This document shows positions 30,847 to 40,973 of a stretch of 41,034 nucleotides of DNA, in pieces (the first letter of the stretch is position 1; each line of letters begins with the position of its first letter). Source of the stretch: an uncultured Candidatus Competibacteraceae bacterium (GTDB taxonomy: Bacteria > Pseudomonadota > Gammaproteobacteria > Competibacterales > Competibacteraceae); the NCBI GenBank assembly GCA_903882995.1, contig CAIRZE010000118.1, positions 1-41,034 on the forward strand, given 5' to 3'. Both the position numbers and the translations under genes were made by a program. Below the pieces are notes generated by a model that worked only from the letters and a program-made list of their open reading frames with translations, made no database searches and was not told the origin of the DNA.

Positions 30847-31305
30847 TTAGGACCTCTCTTGGAGAAATTTACAGATCGCTGCCCTTGCGAGCTGATCTGC
30901 TCGTTCGTTATCTGGAACTCCACTATGGCCACGTACCCATTGCCATTCGACACAGTGGCAATGCATGGCGGTTTCGAGTCGCTGCCACAAATCAATATTT
31001 CTAACTGAGCGATGACCTGAAGTTCTCCAGCCATGTTGTTTCCAAACCGCTAGCCATTCAGTTACACCCTTCATAACGTATTTGCTATCTGTAAGGACCT
31101 GTACTTGAGTTGGACGTTTCAGAGCCTCTAGTCCATAGATAACCGCCAGCATTTCCATGCGGTTGTTAGTTGTATTAATTTCACCACCTGATAGTTCTTT
31201 TTTGTGTCCACGATAGCGCAATAGCACACCCCAACCACCAGGTCCTGGGTTACCAGAGCAAGCACCATCAGCAAATAAAAGTACTCTACCGCCGACTGTT
31301 TTCAT
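30847..31305 (-). CDS. rnhA: Ribonuclease HI
   Basis: DGACSGNPGPGG, TTNNRME, TDSKY, WVRGHSG...NERAD. Confidence 0.96.
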   Translation of the reverse strand: MKTVGGRVLLFADGACSGNPGPGGWGVLLRYRGHKKELSGGEINTTNNRMEMLAVIYGLEALKRPTQVQVLTDSKYVMKGVTEWLAVWKQHGWRTSGHRSVRNIDLWQRLETAMHCHCVEWQWVRGHSGVPDNERADQLARAAICKFLQERS

Positions 31306-32962
31306 ACCAATGTGCCACCGAAATTGCTTCTATCGGTTCCAAATTCAACGCAGCAGCTAACAATCCTCGCGTATACGGATGTTGCGGGTTTTCAAATACC
31401 TGCTGCACCGGACCTGATTCTACTACCCGACCATTCCTCAACACAATTATTTGATGAGCTATGGTATGAATTAGACGTAAATCATGGCTAATAAACACAT
31501 AGGCCATTCTATAACGGTGCTGTAATTCGCGTAGTAGACTGATAATTTGTGCCCGTACCGACATATCGAGAGCACTAGTCGGCTCATCCAGAATTAGCAA
31601 CTTAGGCTGTAAAACTAGAGCACGGGCGATTGCTATTCGCTGGCGCTGTCCACCTGATAGTTCGTGTGGATAGCGGTCTTTCATATTAGGATCGATTCCA
31701 ACTTCCTCTAGTACCTGGGCGACGCGGGAACTACGGACAACGTAGTTATGAGCAAGTCCATGTACTAGTAAGCCTTCTTCAATAATTTTCCCGACTGATA
31801 ATCTGGGGCTAAGAGAATCAAACGGATCCTGAAATACAATTTGCATTTCCTTCCGCAACGGGCGTAGTGCCTTATTAGAAAGGCAGTCAATACGCTGTCC
31901 CCTAAATCGGATCACACCTTCGCTAGACAAGAGACGTAGTAGTGCTAATCCCAATGTAGTTTTACCAGAACCACTCTCACCTACTATACCTAAGGTTTGC
32001 CCATCTAAGACACTGATGCTGATGCCATCCAGAGCCTGGATATAATCTACATGATGCCATCTGTACAGGTTATTTCTTAGAGGGAATAAAACATTTAGAG
32101 TGTCTCCTACCATTAACACTTCTGGAGTATTAACGGCAATCTCATCTCTACTAGTTTTCGACTGCGCTTCTTCTCTAAGTTCAGTATCTAGTAACTGTCG
32201 TGTGTAGAAGTGACTGGGACAAGTAAAAATGTCTGTAGTCTTACCACTTTCCACTATTTTACCAGAACGCATTACACATACGCGGTCAGCTATTTTACGA
32301 ACTATACAGAGATCATGTGTTATGAATAGGATTGCCATACCGAACCTGGATTGCAAAGCTTTAAGCAATTCTATAATCTGCGCCTGAGTAGTTACATCCA
32401 ACGCAGTTGTAGGTTCGTCAGCTATAAGGATATCAGGGTTGTTTGCTAGTGCCATAGCGATCATCACGCGTTGCCGCTGTCCACCTGATAATTCGTGTGG
32501 TAAGGCATTTAATCTCTGGGTTTCCTGCTGCAGGCCGACCAAATCCAGTAACTCCAAAATCCTCGACTGTAGCCTGTTGCCACGCAACCCTCGTAAGATT
32601 AATGTTTCACTTATTTGTTTCTTAATAGAATGTAGCGGATTAAGCGAGTGTATCGGTTCCTGAAAAACCATAGCGATCTTATTACCACGAACTTCTCGCA
32701 ATAGATCTGGTCCTGCCCCTACTAACTCCTCTCCAAGAAGTCGGATACTACCGCTAGGATGATGGGCATGTGGATATGGTAACAGCTGCAATATCGAAAG
32801 TGCAGACACAGATTTACCAGAGCCACTATCTCCCATTAACGCTAAAGTTTCACCGCGATTCAGGACAAATGAAACTTGCTGTACCACAGTCGTTTTACCG
32901 AAGGCTACTGATAGATCGCGGATCTCGAGAAGGGGGATTCCTACAGCAAACTCAGGTCTCAT
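31286..32962 (-). CDS. Dual-domain ABC ATPase, YejF-like peptide/microcin C uptake family
   Basis: Two NBDs: GDSGSGKS and GESGSGKT, two LSGGQRQR, two DEPT; HPYT C-terminal motif. Confidence 0.88.
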   Translation of the reverse strand: MRPEFAVGIPLLEIRDLSVAFGKTTVVQQVSFVLNRGETLALMGDSGSGKSVSALSILQLLPYPHAHHPSGSIRLLGEELVGAGPDLLREVRGNKIAMVFQEPIHSLNPLHSIKKQISETLILRGLRGNRLQSRILELLDLVGLQQETQRLNALPHELSGGQRQRVMIAMALANNPDILIADEPTTALDVTTQAQIIELLKALQSRFGMAILFITHDLCIVRKIADRVCVMRSGKIVESGKTTDIFTCPSHFYTRQLLDTELREEAQSKTSRDEIAVNTPEVLMVGDTLNVLFPLRNNLYRWHHVDYIQALDGISISVLDGQTLGIVGESGSGKTTLGLALLRLLSSEGVIRFRGQRIDCLSNKALRPLRKEMQIVFQDPFDSLSPRLSVGKIIEEGLLVHGLAHNYVVRSSRVAQVLEEVGIDPNMKDRYPHELSGGQRQRIAIARALVLQPKLLILDEPTSALDMSVRAQIISLLRELQHRYRMAYVFISHDLRLIHTIAHQIIVLRNGRVVESGPVQQVFENPQHPYTRGLLAAALNLEPIEAISVAHWYENSRR

Positions 32963-33284
32963 ATCTTTTCAATTTTAAATTGATTATTTAAATATCATAG
33001 CTTCGTCTTAACTCTTATTAACTCTTAAAAAATGCTAGCAAGCATAATATACTTCAGATATCTAATATAATAGATAAGGCAAGCCCTGTTACTATGATAG
33101 TAAGTGACCTTATATAAAATCGGCATGGTCCTATAAAATTATTGTCAGAAACAGCTTATTGTCTAAAATCCACATAATCGAAATATATTCTCATACATAT
33201 TCTAAGGTCTGCATCAATTGATTTATTAACTACCAATAAAGATATCATCCTCAGTTTACTACTAATAGTACTGGTACAAAGCAT

Positions 33285-34508
33285 ATGGAAATTTATTTAG
33301 TCGGGGGCGCAGTACGAGATGAACTGCTTGGCCTACCAATTGTGGAACGAGACTGGGTAGTAGTAGGAGCAACAGCAGCCGACCTTCTTGCAAATGGCTT
33401 CCATCCAGTGGGAAAAGATTTTCCAGTATTTCTGCACCCGAAAACCCGTGAGGAGTATGCTTTAGCTAGAATAGAACGCAAAACTGCATCTGGCTATCAT
33501 GGTTTCAGTATCTACACTGAACCTAAAGTGACGTTAGAAGATGACTTAAGGCGTCGTGATCTCACTATCAACGCTATGGCCCGCGACTTTGAAGGTCGAC
33601 TAATAGATCCTTATAATGGCAGAAGAGACCTAGAGTATCGTTGGTTGCGGCATGTATCACCAGCCTTTGTTGAAGATCCTGTGCGAATATTACGATTAGC
33701 GCGTTTCAGTGCTCGCTATGCCCCACTGGGGTTCCAGGTCGCTCCAGAAACACTATTATTAATGAATGAGATGGTAGCCAGCGGTGAAATAGACTGTCTC
33801 GTACCTGAGCGAGTTTGGTCGGAAACAGTGCGTGCATTAAGCGAAACTCAGCCACAGAAGTTTATAGAAACTTTACGTTCTTGCGGAGCACTCAATAGAA
33901 TCTTTCCAGAGATTGATCGTTTATTCAGTGTGCCACAATCAGCAGATTATCATCCTGAAATAGATACTGGAACTCATATATTATTGGCACTGGCTGAGTC
34001 AGTAAGACTTGGGGCTGAAGTAGTAAGTAGATTCGCTATATTAGTTCATGATATTGGTAAAGGTGAAACTCTACCAGAAAATTGGCCTTTACATCTTGGC
34101 CATGAACGTCGTGGTGCAGACCTAGCTAGTGATCTCTGTAATAGACTGCGGGTTCCTAACATATTCCGTGAACTTGGTGTTCTAACCGCTCGCTATCACA
34201 CTTACTGCCACCGGGCTATGGAGCTACATCCAAAGACACTTTTAAAGCTCCTACAAAGTATGGACGCGTTCCGAAAACCACAGCGGTTTACCCAATTCTT
34301 ACTGTCCTGTAAGGCCGATGCGCGTGGACGATTCGGTTCCGAAAACAAAGCTTACCCACAAATGATATTTTTGGAGCGAATTAGACAAGCTGCAGCCGGT
34401 GTTAGTGCTAAACCTCTAGTCGTTAAAGGACTGACCGGCTTGGATATGGCTAGTGCTATGCAGCGGGAGAGACTGTTAGCAATTTCTGATGCGAGGCGAG
34501 CATTTTAA
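33285..34508 (+). CDS. cca: Multifunctional CCA-adding enzyme with HD domain
   Basis: YLVGGAVRD, GKDFPVFLHP, RRDLTINA, EDPVRILR, HPEIDTG, HDIGK. Confidence 0.96.
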   Translation: MEIYLVGGAVRDELLGLPIVERDWVVVGATAADLLANGFHPVGKDFPVFLHPKTREEYALARIERKTASGYHGFSIYTEPKVTLEDDLRRRDLTINAMARDFEGRLIDPYNGRRDLEYRWLRHVSPAFVEDPVRILRLARFSARYAPLGFQVAPETLLLMNEMVASGEIDCLVPERVWSETVRALSETQPQKFIETLRSCGALNRIFPEIDRLFSVPQSADYHPEIDTGTHILLALAESVRLGAEVVSRFAILVHDIGKGETLPENWPLHLGHERRGADLASDLCNRLRVPNIFRELGVLTARYHTYCHRAMELHPKTLLKLLQSMDAFRKPQRFTQFLLSCKADARGRFGSENKAYPQMIFLERIRQAAAGVSAKPLVVKGLTGLDMASAMQRERLLAISDARRAF

Positions 34509-35012
34509 ATTTCCTGTTAGGATTTTAGAGGCTATGGGTATCAGAATTGGTTGAATGAGATTAATCCCCAACCATGCAAAAGGAGTGCTGTTAACACTTA
34601 GTAGTTCTCAATGTAGTTCTCAATTCGAATGCCGCCAGATTATTCTCTTGCTGACTCTATTATACAGATAGACTTTTCTGATACAATATATCAACACTAT
34701 TGGGCCTCATGCGTAACAACAACGGAACTCTGAAAAAAGAATAACCAGAGCGCATGCACATGTATCGAGCATACTAGAGTCATACTTGTGAATCTTTATA
34801 ACAAGCTATTTACTTTGCGCTGAGTTGGTATAGTGTTGAGAACACCAACTATCTAGAATGCTCCTTCCTTAATTAGTGCAGAACTGTAATGGCGCAATTA
34901 CTAAAGTTAACAACTGTTGCGATCCATATCAACGCACAGCGAACTTCTCTCTCTGTACTATAATAGAATAGAAAAGCAGCGTTAATAATGGATAAAGCAG
35001 CGCCATTTCGAG

Positions 35013-36452
35013 CTATGCATTGATTTTGTGTAGAGCACGGTCCTGAACAGCAAGCGCCGCCTCACGCACTACCTCACATAGTGTTGGATGGCCGTGCACG
35101 GTCCTTGCTAGATCTTCACTGCTAGCATGAAACTCCAACGCTAGCACAGCTTCTTGCACAATCTCAGCGCTGAACGGTCCAATTATATGACAACCCAACA
35201 AGGTATCAGTTTTGGAGTGAGCAAGTATCTTGATCATACCAACAGCACTTGCCATCGTTTTCGCGCGACTGTTCGCGCTAAACGGAGAGGTCCCAACCTT
35301 GTAAGGAATTCCCTCAGCCTTCAATGTCTGTTCTGTTTTTCCAACCCAAGCGATTTCGGGATTAGTATAGATTACCCATGGAATATTGTTGTGGTTTAAG
35401 TTTAAATGCCCATGGTGGCCAGCAATATTTTCTGCTACCATTATGCCCTCCTCAGAACCCTTATGCGCCAGCATCGGGCCTCTTACTACATCGCCTATAG
35501 CATATACACCAGGCAAATTAGTCTCACAATTATCATTTACGTGGATATATCCGCGCTCTTCGAATAACAATCCAGATTCAGGCGCAGCGATATTGTCAAT
35601 GTTTGGCAGCCGTCCCACAGATACTAATAACTTATCAAAAGTGATTTCATGATTACCAGTCCTGTCTAGAAACTGAACTTTGATACCATTAGCAGTTTTC
35701 TCCGTAGCTACAACTCGCGTACCTAGGCGAATATCTAAACCTTGCCTTTTAAACTGTCTAAGGGCCTCGCGAGCTATTTGTTGGTCAGCTAATGATAGGA
35801 AATCCTCAACTGCTTCCAACAAAACAACCTTAGAACCAAGCCTATTCCAAACACTACCCAGCTCTAGGCCTATCACACCTGCACCAATAATACCAAGAGT
35901 TGTTGGTACAGCACGGAAGTTCAGAGCACCTGTCGAATCTACAATCAACCCTTGATTGTTGTCTATTAAGGCAGCGCTAATATCTATCGGCTTAGAGCCG
36001 GTAGCAATTATTATGTTATCTGCGGTAACTACTTCTACCAAGCCATTTTGAGCAGTCACTTCAACTTGATGATCAACTAATAGCTTTCCATGACCTTTTA
36101 GCCAATCCACACTGTTATATTTGAATAGCGTACTAATGCCGTTAGTCAATTGCAACACTATATCATCCTTACGTGCCATCATCCGATTAAGGTCGAGCTG
36201 GATACCGTTAACATGTATACCGTGAATGTCTAGACCTTCCTGCAAGCGATGGTATTGCTCAGAGGATTCGAGCAATGCCTTAGAGGGAATACAACCTACG
36301 TTTAGGCAAGTACCACCCAGGGCCGGGTTACCCTGGGAATTTATCCATTTCTCCACACATGCCGTCTTCAGCTTGAGCTGGGAGCAACGAATCGCTGCTA
36401 CATAACCAGCAGGGCCACTACCAATAACAACCACATCGTAAGTCTTAGCCAT
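35013..36452 (-). CDS. lpdA: Dihydrolipoamide dehydrogenase
   Basis: GSGPAGY, GGTCLNVGCIPSK, GAGVIGLE, HPTL. Confidence 0.96.
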   Translation of the reverse strand: MAKTYDVVVIGSGPAGYVAAIRCSQLKLKTACVEKWINSQGNPALGGTCLNVGCIPSKALLESSEQYHRLQEGLDIHGIHVNGIQLDLNRMMARKDDIVLQLTNGISTLFKYNSVDWLKGHGKLLVDHQVEVTAQNGLVEVVTADNIIIATGSKPIDISAALIDNNQGLIVDSTGALNFRAVPTTLGIIGAGVIGLELGSVWNRLGSKVVLLEAVEDFLSLADQQIAREALRQFKRQGLDIRLGTRVVATEKTANGIKVQFLDRTGNHEITFDKLLVSVGRLPNIDNIAAPESGLLFEERGYIHVNDNCETNLPGVYAIGDVVRGPMLAHKGSEEGIMVAENIAGHHGHLNLNHNNIPWVIYTNPEIAWVGKTEQTLKAEGIPYKVGTSPFSANSRAKTMASAVGMIKILAHSKTDTLLGCHIIGPFSAEIVQEAVLALEFHASSEDLARTVHGHPTLCEVVREAALAVQDRALHKINA

Positions 36453-36829
36453 CCTCATCCCCTCAGAATTACAGTAAATATTATTTAATTTAAATATTCA
36501 ATGAGATGAAGCATACCAGTGTCATCAGCATAGGGCTGAGCTAATTTAATAGCTACCCTATTATTTTAGTTATAATCTACCCAGATTCTGGACTCAGCTG
36601 AGCCTACATCAAACGAAAAACGAAGATAGTATTTAATCTACACATCACTATCTATTTCTTTCGACATAATCATCTGCGCTATATCATACAGTGAGTGATA
36701 TAGATGCATTTTAAATACCACCTGACGGCTATCGGCTCTAGCTCATCATCAAAATATCTTTTACTATCCACCCAATAAAAAGCAGCAAAATATGCGACAA
36801 ACTCCAGCTGTTTAAGAAACAGTTAAGCA

Positions 36830-38095
36830 CTATAATTGCAACATCAGCCTGGCTGGTGCTTCGATATATTCCTTAATGGTGACTAGAAAAGTAACTGCCT
36901 CACGACCATCGATAATGCGATGATCGTAGGAATGTGCTACATACATCATTGGTCGAATAACAACTTGGTTATTCTCCACAATCGGTCGTTGCTTAATAGC
37001 ATGCATACCTAGGATGCCGCTTTGTGGTGGATTGAGGATCGGCATTGACATAAGTGAGCCGAATACACCACCGTTTGTGATAGTGAAGGTACCACCAGTT
37101 ATCTCTTCAACTGTTAAATTTCCTTCACTAGCCTTTTTCCCAAACTCAAATATTGCCTTTTCGATTTCGGATAAACTCATCTGATCGACATTACGCAGGA
37201 TCGGTACCACCAATCCGCGCTGCGACGCTATAGCAATACCAATATCGTAGTAACTATGATAGATGATATCGTTACCGTCTATAGAAGCATTAACGGATGG
37301 ATAATGTTTGAGAGCTTCAACAACTGCCTTAGCGAAAAATCCCATAAAGCCTAATCGCACTCCATGTTTGTTCTCAAATTCCTCCTTATATTGGTTACGT
37401 AAGCCCATCACGGCATTCATATTGATCTCATTGAATGTCGTTAACATTGCAGTTGTTTGCTTAGCCATCAAGAGTCTCTCTGCAATGCGTGCCCGCAACC
37501 GGGTCATCGGCACCCTTTGTTCCAGGCGACCCATAGCGTCTTTTTTTAATAGACTATCAGTGGGAAGAAGAGCCTCTGATTGTAAGGATTTTGTAGAAGT
37601 TGGTAGTGCGGCAGCAGGAACAGAAGAGATTCTAGCCTGTTCTCTCCCTTCAATTATGTCTAACACATCAGCTTTAGTTACTCTCCCACCTTTACCGCTA
37701 CCCGTAACCATTGTGACATCTAGCTCATACTCAGCAGCTAGGCGTCGTACTGCGGGACTTAACCCTAATAAGTCAACGCCTGTGACAGATTCAGGTGCCT
37801 GAGAAGCAACTGATATGGAGGACGCGATACTTCCTATATCTGTATCTTGTATTGCAGCATTCTCTTCTAATATAGCAATCACTTCACCAGTGATTACTGA
37901 TTCACCTTCCTGATGCATAATTTCCTGAAGTATACCATCTGCTGGAGAAGGGATATCAAGCACTACCTTATCAGTTTCCAGCTCCACCAAGCTTTCACCT
38001 TGCTTCACCAATTCACCGAGATTTTTCTTCCAGTTGACCAGTGTGCCATCTGCAACTGACTCTGGTAAAATCGGGACTTTCACTTCAATACTCAT
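36830..38095 (-). CDS. sucB: 2-oxoglutarate dehydrogenase E2
   Basis: Lipoyl ETDKV, E3-binding [26 protein letters not shown]. Confidence 0.97.
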   Translation of the reverse strand: MSIEVKVPILPESVADGTLVNWKKNLGELVKQGESLVELETDKVVLDIPSPADGILQEIMHQEGESVITGEVIAILEENAAIQDTDIGSIASSISVASQAPESVTGVDLLGLSPAVRRLAAEYELDVTMVTGSGKGGRVTKADVLDIIEGREQARISSVPAAALPTSTKSLQSEALLPTDSLLKKDAMGRLEQRVPMTRLRARIAERLLMAKQTTAMLTTFNEINMNAVMGLRNQYKEEFENKHGVRLGFMGFFAKAVVEALKHYPSVNASIDGNDIIYHSYYDIGIAIASQRGLVVPILRNVDQMSLSEIEKAIFEFGKKASEGNLTVEEITGGTFTITNGGVFGSLMSMPILNPPQSGILGMHAIKQRPIVENNQVVIRPMMYVAHSYDHRIIDGREAVTFLVTIKEYIEAPARLMLQL

Positions 38096-38129
38096 TTTAT
38101 TTGTTCCATTTATAGTGCATGGAAATTAC

Positions 38130-40973
38130 TCAATCTATATCAATAGTAGTTATTATACCTAGGGCCTCATTAATGAGTTTTTGCTGCTGCTCAACATGAA
38201 CACTGTGATAACCTACAGCCGGTGAAGCAGAATGCTGGCGACCGACATAGCGTATTCTAAGGTGCCGCGGTAACCCGCGTTCGAGGTGGTGGAGTGTCCC
38301 AAACCACGCACCCTGGTTTTTGGGCTCTTCTTGACACCAAATTAGATCTGTAAGATTGGGATAGCCATCTATCTGGGAGATATAGAGCTCCTGAGGAAAT
38401 GGATAAAGTTGTTCTATGCGGATTATAGCAACATGCTTTAATCCATGCTCTCTTCGAGTTTCTAGCAAGTCATAAAATATTTTTCCGCTACATACCAATA
38501 GCCTAGTGATAGACTCTTGATCATGTAAATCTATCTCTGGCATTATCTCTTGAAAGCAATCTTCTGTAAAATCTTCAAGGCTATTTACAGCTAGACGATG
38601 CCTTAATAGGCTTTTAGGGCTCATCACAATCAATGGTTTACGGAAGCTTCGCTTCATTTGCCGGCGTAACATGTGGAAGCATTGTACCGGAGTCGATGGG
38701 ACCACCACCTGCATGTTATTTTCAGCACACAGCTGTAGGTAACGCTCTAGCCGAGCTGAAGAATGTTCAGGTCCCTGACCCTCGAAGCCATGTGGTAAAA
38801 GCATAACTAGACCGCACATCCTACCCCACTTAGTCTGGCCAGAAGCAATGAATTGATCGATAACTACTTGTGCGCCATTTGCGAAGTCACCGAATTGTGC
38901 TTCCCATACTATTAAGCCGTTCGGTTCGGCAGTAGCATAGCCATACTCGAAACCAAGGACTGCCTCTTCAGATAGGATAGAGTCTATAACGATGAAATTA
39001 GGTTGCCCGAGAAAGAGGTTCATTAGCGGAATATAGCTATTACCATCCTTTTGATTGTGCAATACCGCATGGCGGTGGAAAAATGTGCCACGCCCACAAT
39101 CTTGCCCGGAAATGCGTACCTGATAGCCTTCCCTTAGTAAGGTAGCATAAGCTAAATTCTCAGCGAATCCCCAGTCTACAGATAATGCTCCAGCTGCCAT
39201 CTTCCGGCGATCGTCCATAAGCTTGGCAACTCGAGGATGCATTTCAAATCCTTCTGGAAGCTTGAGCAACCTTCTAGATAGATCTCGGATTTTATCTAAA
39301 TCTACAGCAGTATCGACTGGCATGCTCCAATTTTCAGTTACGAATGGTGACCAATCGATTGAATAATCGCTTTTAGAACATATTGATGTGGGACGGGATA
39401 CTTGTCGTCCAGTATCAAGGTCAGCTCGATATCTAGTCTGCATCTCTAAGAAGTCGGAACTAGTTATTATACCATCCCTAATTAACCGTTCTGCGTATAT
39501 GGTAGCCGTGGTTTGCCGCGCCCGGATCTTTTTATACATCATCGGTTGAGTAGCGGCTGGCTCATCGGCCTCATTGTGACCGAGACGGCGGTAACAGATC
39601 ATATCAATTACTACATCTTTGTTAAAAACCATGCGATACTCGAGCGCTAACTTGCTAACGAATAATACTGCTTCTGGATCATCACCGTTAACATGGAAAA
39701 TCGGTGCTTGTACCATTTTAGCTATGTCAGTGCAATAAAGCGCCGAACGTGTATCTAGTGGGTTGCTAGTAGTGAAGCCGATCTGGTTATTAATAACTAT
39801 ATGTATAGTACCTCCAGTGCGGTAGCCACGTACCTGTGATAGTTGAAAAGTCTCCATGTTAACACCCTGACCAGCAAAGGCAGCGTCGCCATGAATTATC
39901 AAAGGTATCACAGTATTGAATGGTGGGGTTTCCGCTCCAGGTTCCCGCCGCCGCTCCATACGGGCCCGTACTGAGCCTTCTACCACTGGATTAGCAATTT
40001 CTAAATGTGAAGGATTAAAAGCCAGTGCCAGATGTAGTGGACCACCTGGTGTTTGCACATCTGAAGAGAACCCAAGATGGTATTTAACATCACCTGCACT
40101 ACCGATACGACGCTTTCCCTCAAATTCATCGAAGAGCTCACTAGGAGATTTACCGATGATATTGACTAACACATTAAGCCGCCCGCGATGGGCCATACCA
40201 ATAACTATTTCTTGGACTCCCTGGACTCCGGCTCGCTGAATCAGCTCATCTAACATTGGTATCAGACTTTCGCCTCCCTCCAGAGAAAATCTTTTTTGAC
40301 CAACATATCTCGCATGCAGATATCGCTCTAGACCTTCAGCTGATACCAGCCAATATAGTAGATGCTTACGTTGTTCAGCGTTCAATTTTAATCTAACACG
40401 CTGACCTTCTATCTGTTGCTGGATCCAGTGCTTCTCTGAAGTTTCGTTGATGTGCATATATTCAGAGCCGATGGAACCAATGTAAACATCGCAGAGTAGC
40501 TTCATGATCTCATTTAGAGTCATTTGTTGTGATGGTGCCACTAGCGAACAGGTGCTAAAAGAAGTTTCCATATCAACGGTACTTAAACCATGATAGCAAG
40601 GATCTAATTCTGGTACAGGTGGCCTGTTGCGCAGTTGTAAAGGGTCTAAGTGAGCCGCTTTATGGCCTCTGATACGATAGGCGTCGATAACGCGCAAAAC
40701 AGCAGCCTGTTTTTCAGCAGTCTGTGTACCCATTATTTGGGTGCGCCATATACCAGTGTCAGTGTGCTGTTGCAAAGCTAGTCTTGATAAGGAGTTACGG
40801 ATCGGACCATGAGCGACATCTATCTGAAATCCCATATTCTGAAAATACTTCCTCCAATTTTCACTGACAGATTCTGGATCTTGCAAAAAAGATTCATATA
40901 ACTCTTCTATAAACAATGCATTACCTACAAACAACGGGGAACTTTGGTAGAATTGTTCAATGAGCTTGTTCAT
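38130..40973 (-). CDS. sucA: 2-oxoglutarate dehydrogenase E1
   Basis: GQKRFSLEG, GMAHRGRLN, HGDAAFAGQG, WEAQFGDFANGAQ, GPEHSSAR. Confidence 0.98.
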   Translation of the reverse strand: MNKLIEQFYQSSPLFVGNALFIEELYESFLQDPESVSENWRKYFQNMGFQIDVAHGPIRNSLSRLALQQHTDTGIWRTQIMGTQTAEKQAAVLRVIDAYRIRGHKAAHLDPLQLRNRPPVPELDPCYHGLSTVDMETSFSTCSLVAPSQQMTLNEIMKLLCDVYIGSIGSEYMHINETSEKHWIQQQIEGQRVRLKLNAEQRKHLLYWLVSAEGLERYLHARYVGQKRFSLEGGESLIPMLDELIQRAGVQGVQEIVIGMAHRGRLNVLVNIIGKSPSELFDEFEGKRRIGSAGDVKYHLGFSSDVQTPGGPLHLALAFNPSHLEIANPVVEGSVRARMERRREPGAETPPFNTVIPLIIHGDAAFAGQGVNMETFQLSQVRGYRTGGTIHIVINNQIGFTTSNPLDTRSALYCTDIAKMVQAPIFHVNGDDPEAVLFVSKLALEYRMVFNKDVVIDMICYRRLGHNEADEPAATQPMMYKKIRARQTTATIYAERLIRDGIITSSDFLEMQTRYRADLDTGRQVSRPTSICSKSDYSIDWSPFVTENWSMPVDTAVDLDKIRDLSRRLLKLPEGFEMHPRVAKLMDDRRKMAAGALSVDWGFAENLAYATLLREGYQVRISGQDCGRGTFFHRHAVLHNQKDGNSYIPLMNLFLGQPNFIVIDSILSEEAVLGFEYGYATAEPNGLIVWEAQFGDFANGAQVVIDQFIASGQTKWGRMCGLVMLLPHGFEGQGPEHSSARLERYLQLCAENNMQVVVPSTPVQCFHMLRRQMKRSFRKPLIVMSPKSLLRHRLAVNSLEDFTEDCFQEIMPEIDLHDQESITRLLVCSGKIFYDLLETRREHGLKHVAIIRIEQLYPFPQELYISQIDGYPNLTDLIWCQEEPKNQGAWFGTLHHLERGLPRHLRIRYVGRQHSASPAVGYHSVHVEQQQKLINEALGIITTIDID

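Noticed and set aside
37308-40239. Antisense ORFs in sucB and sucA (164 and 107 aa) and similar short ORFs opposite miaB, lnt, proA, leuS, lpdA
   Set aside because: Typical shadow ORFs of conserved genes with no independent motifs
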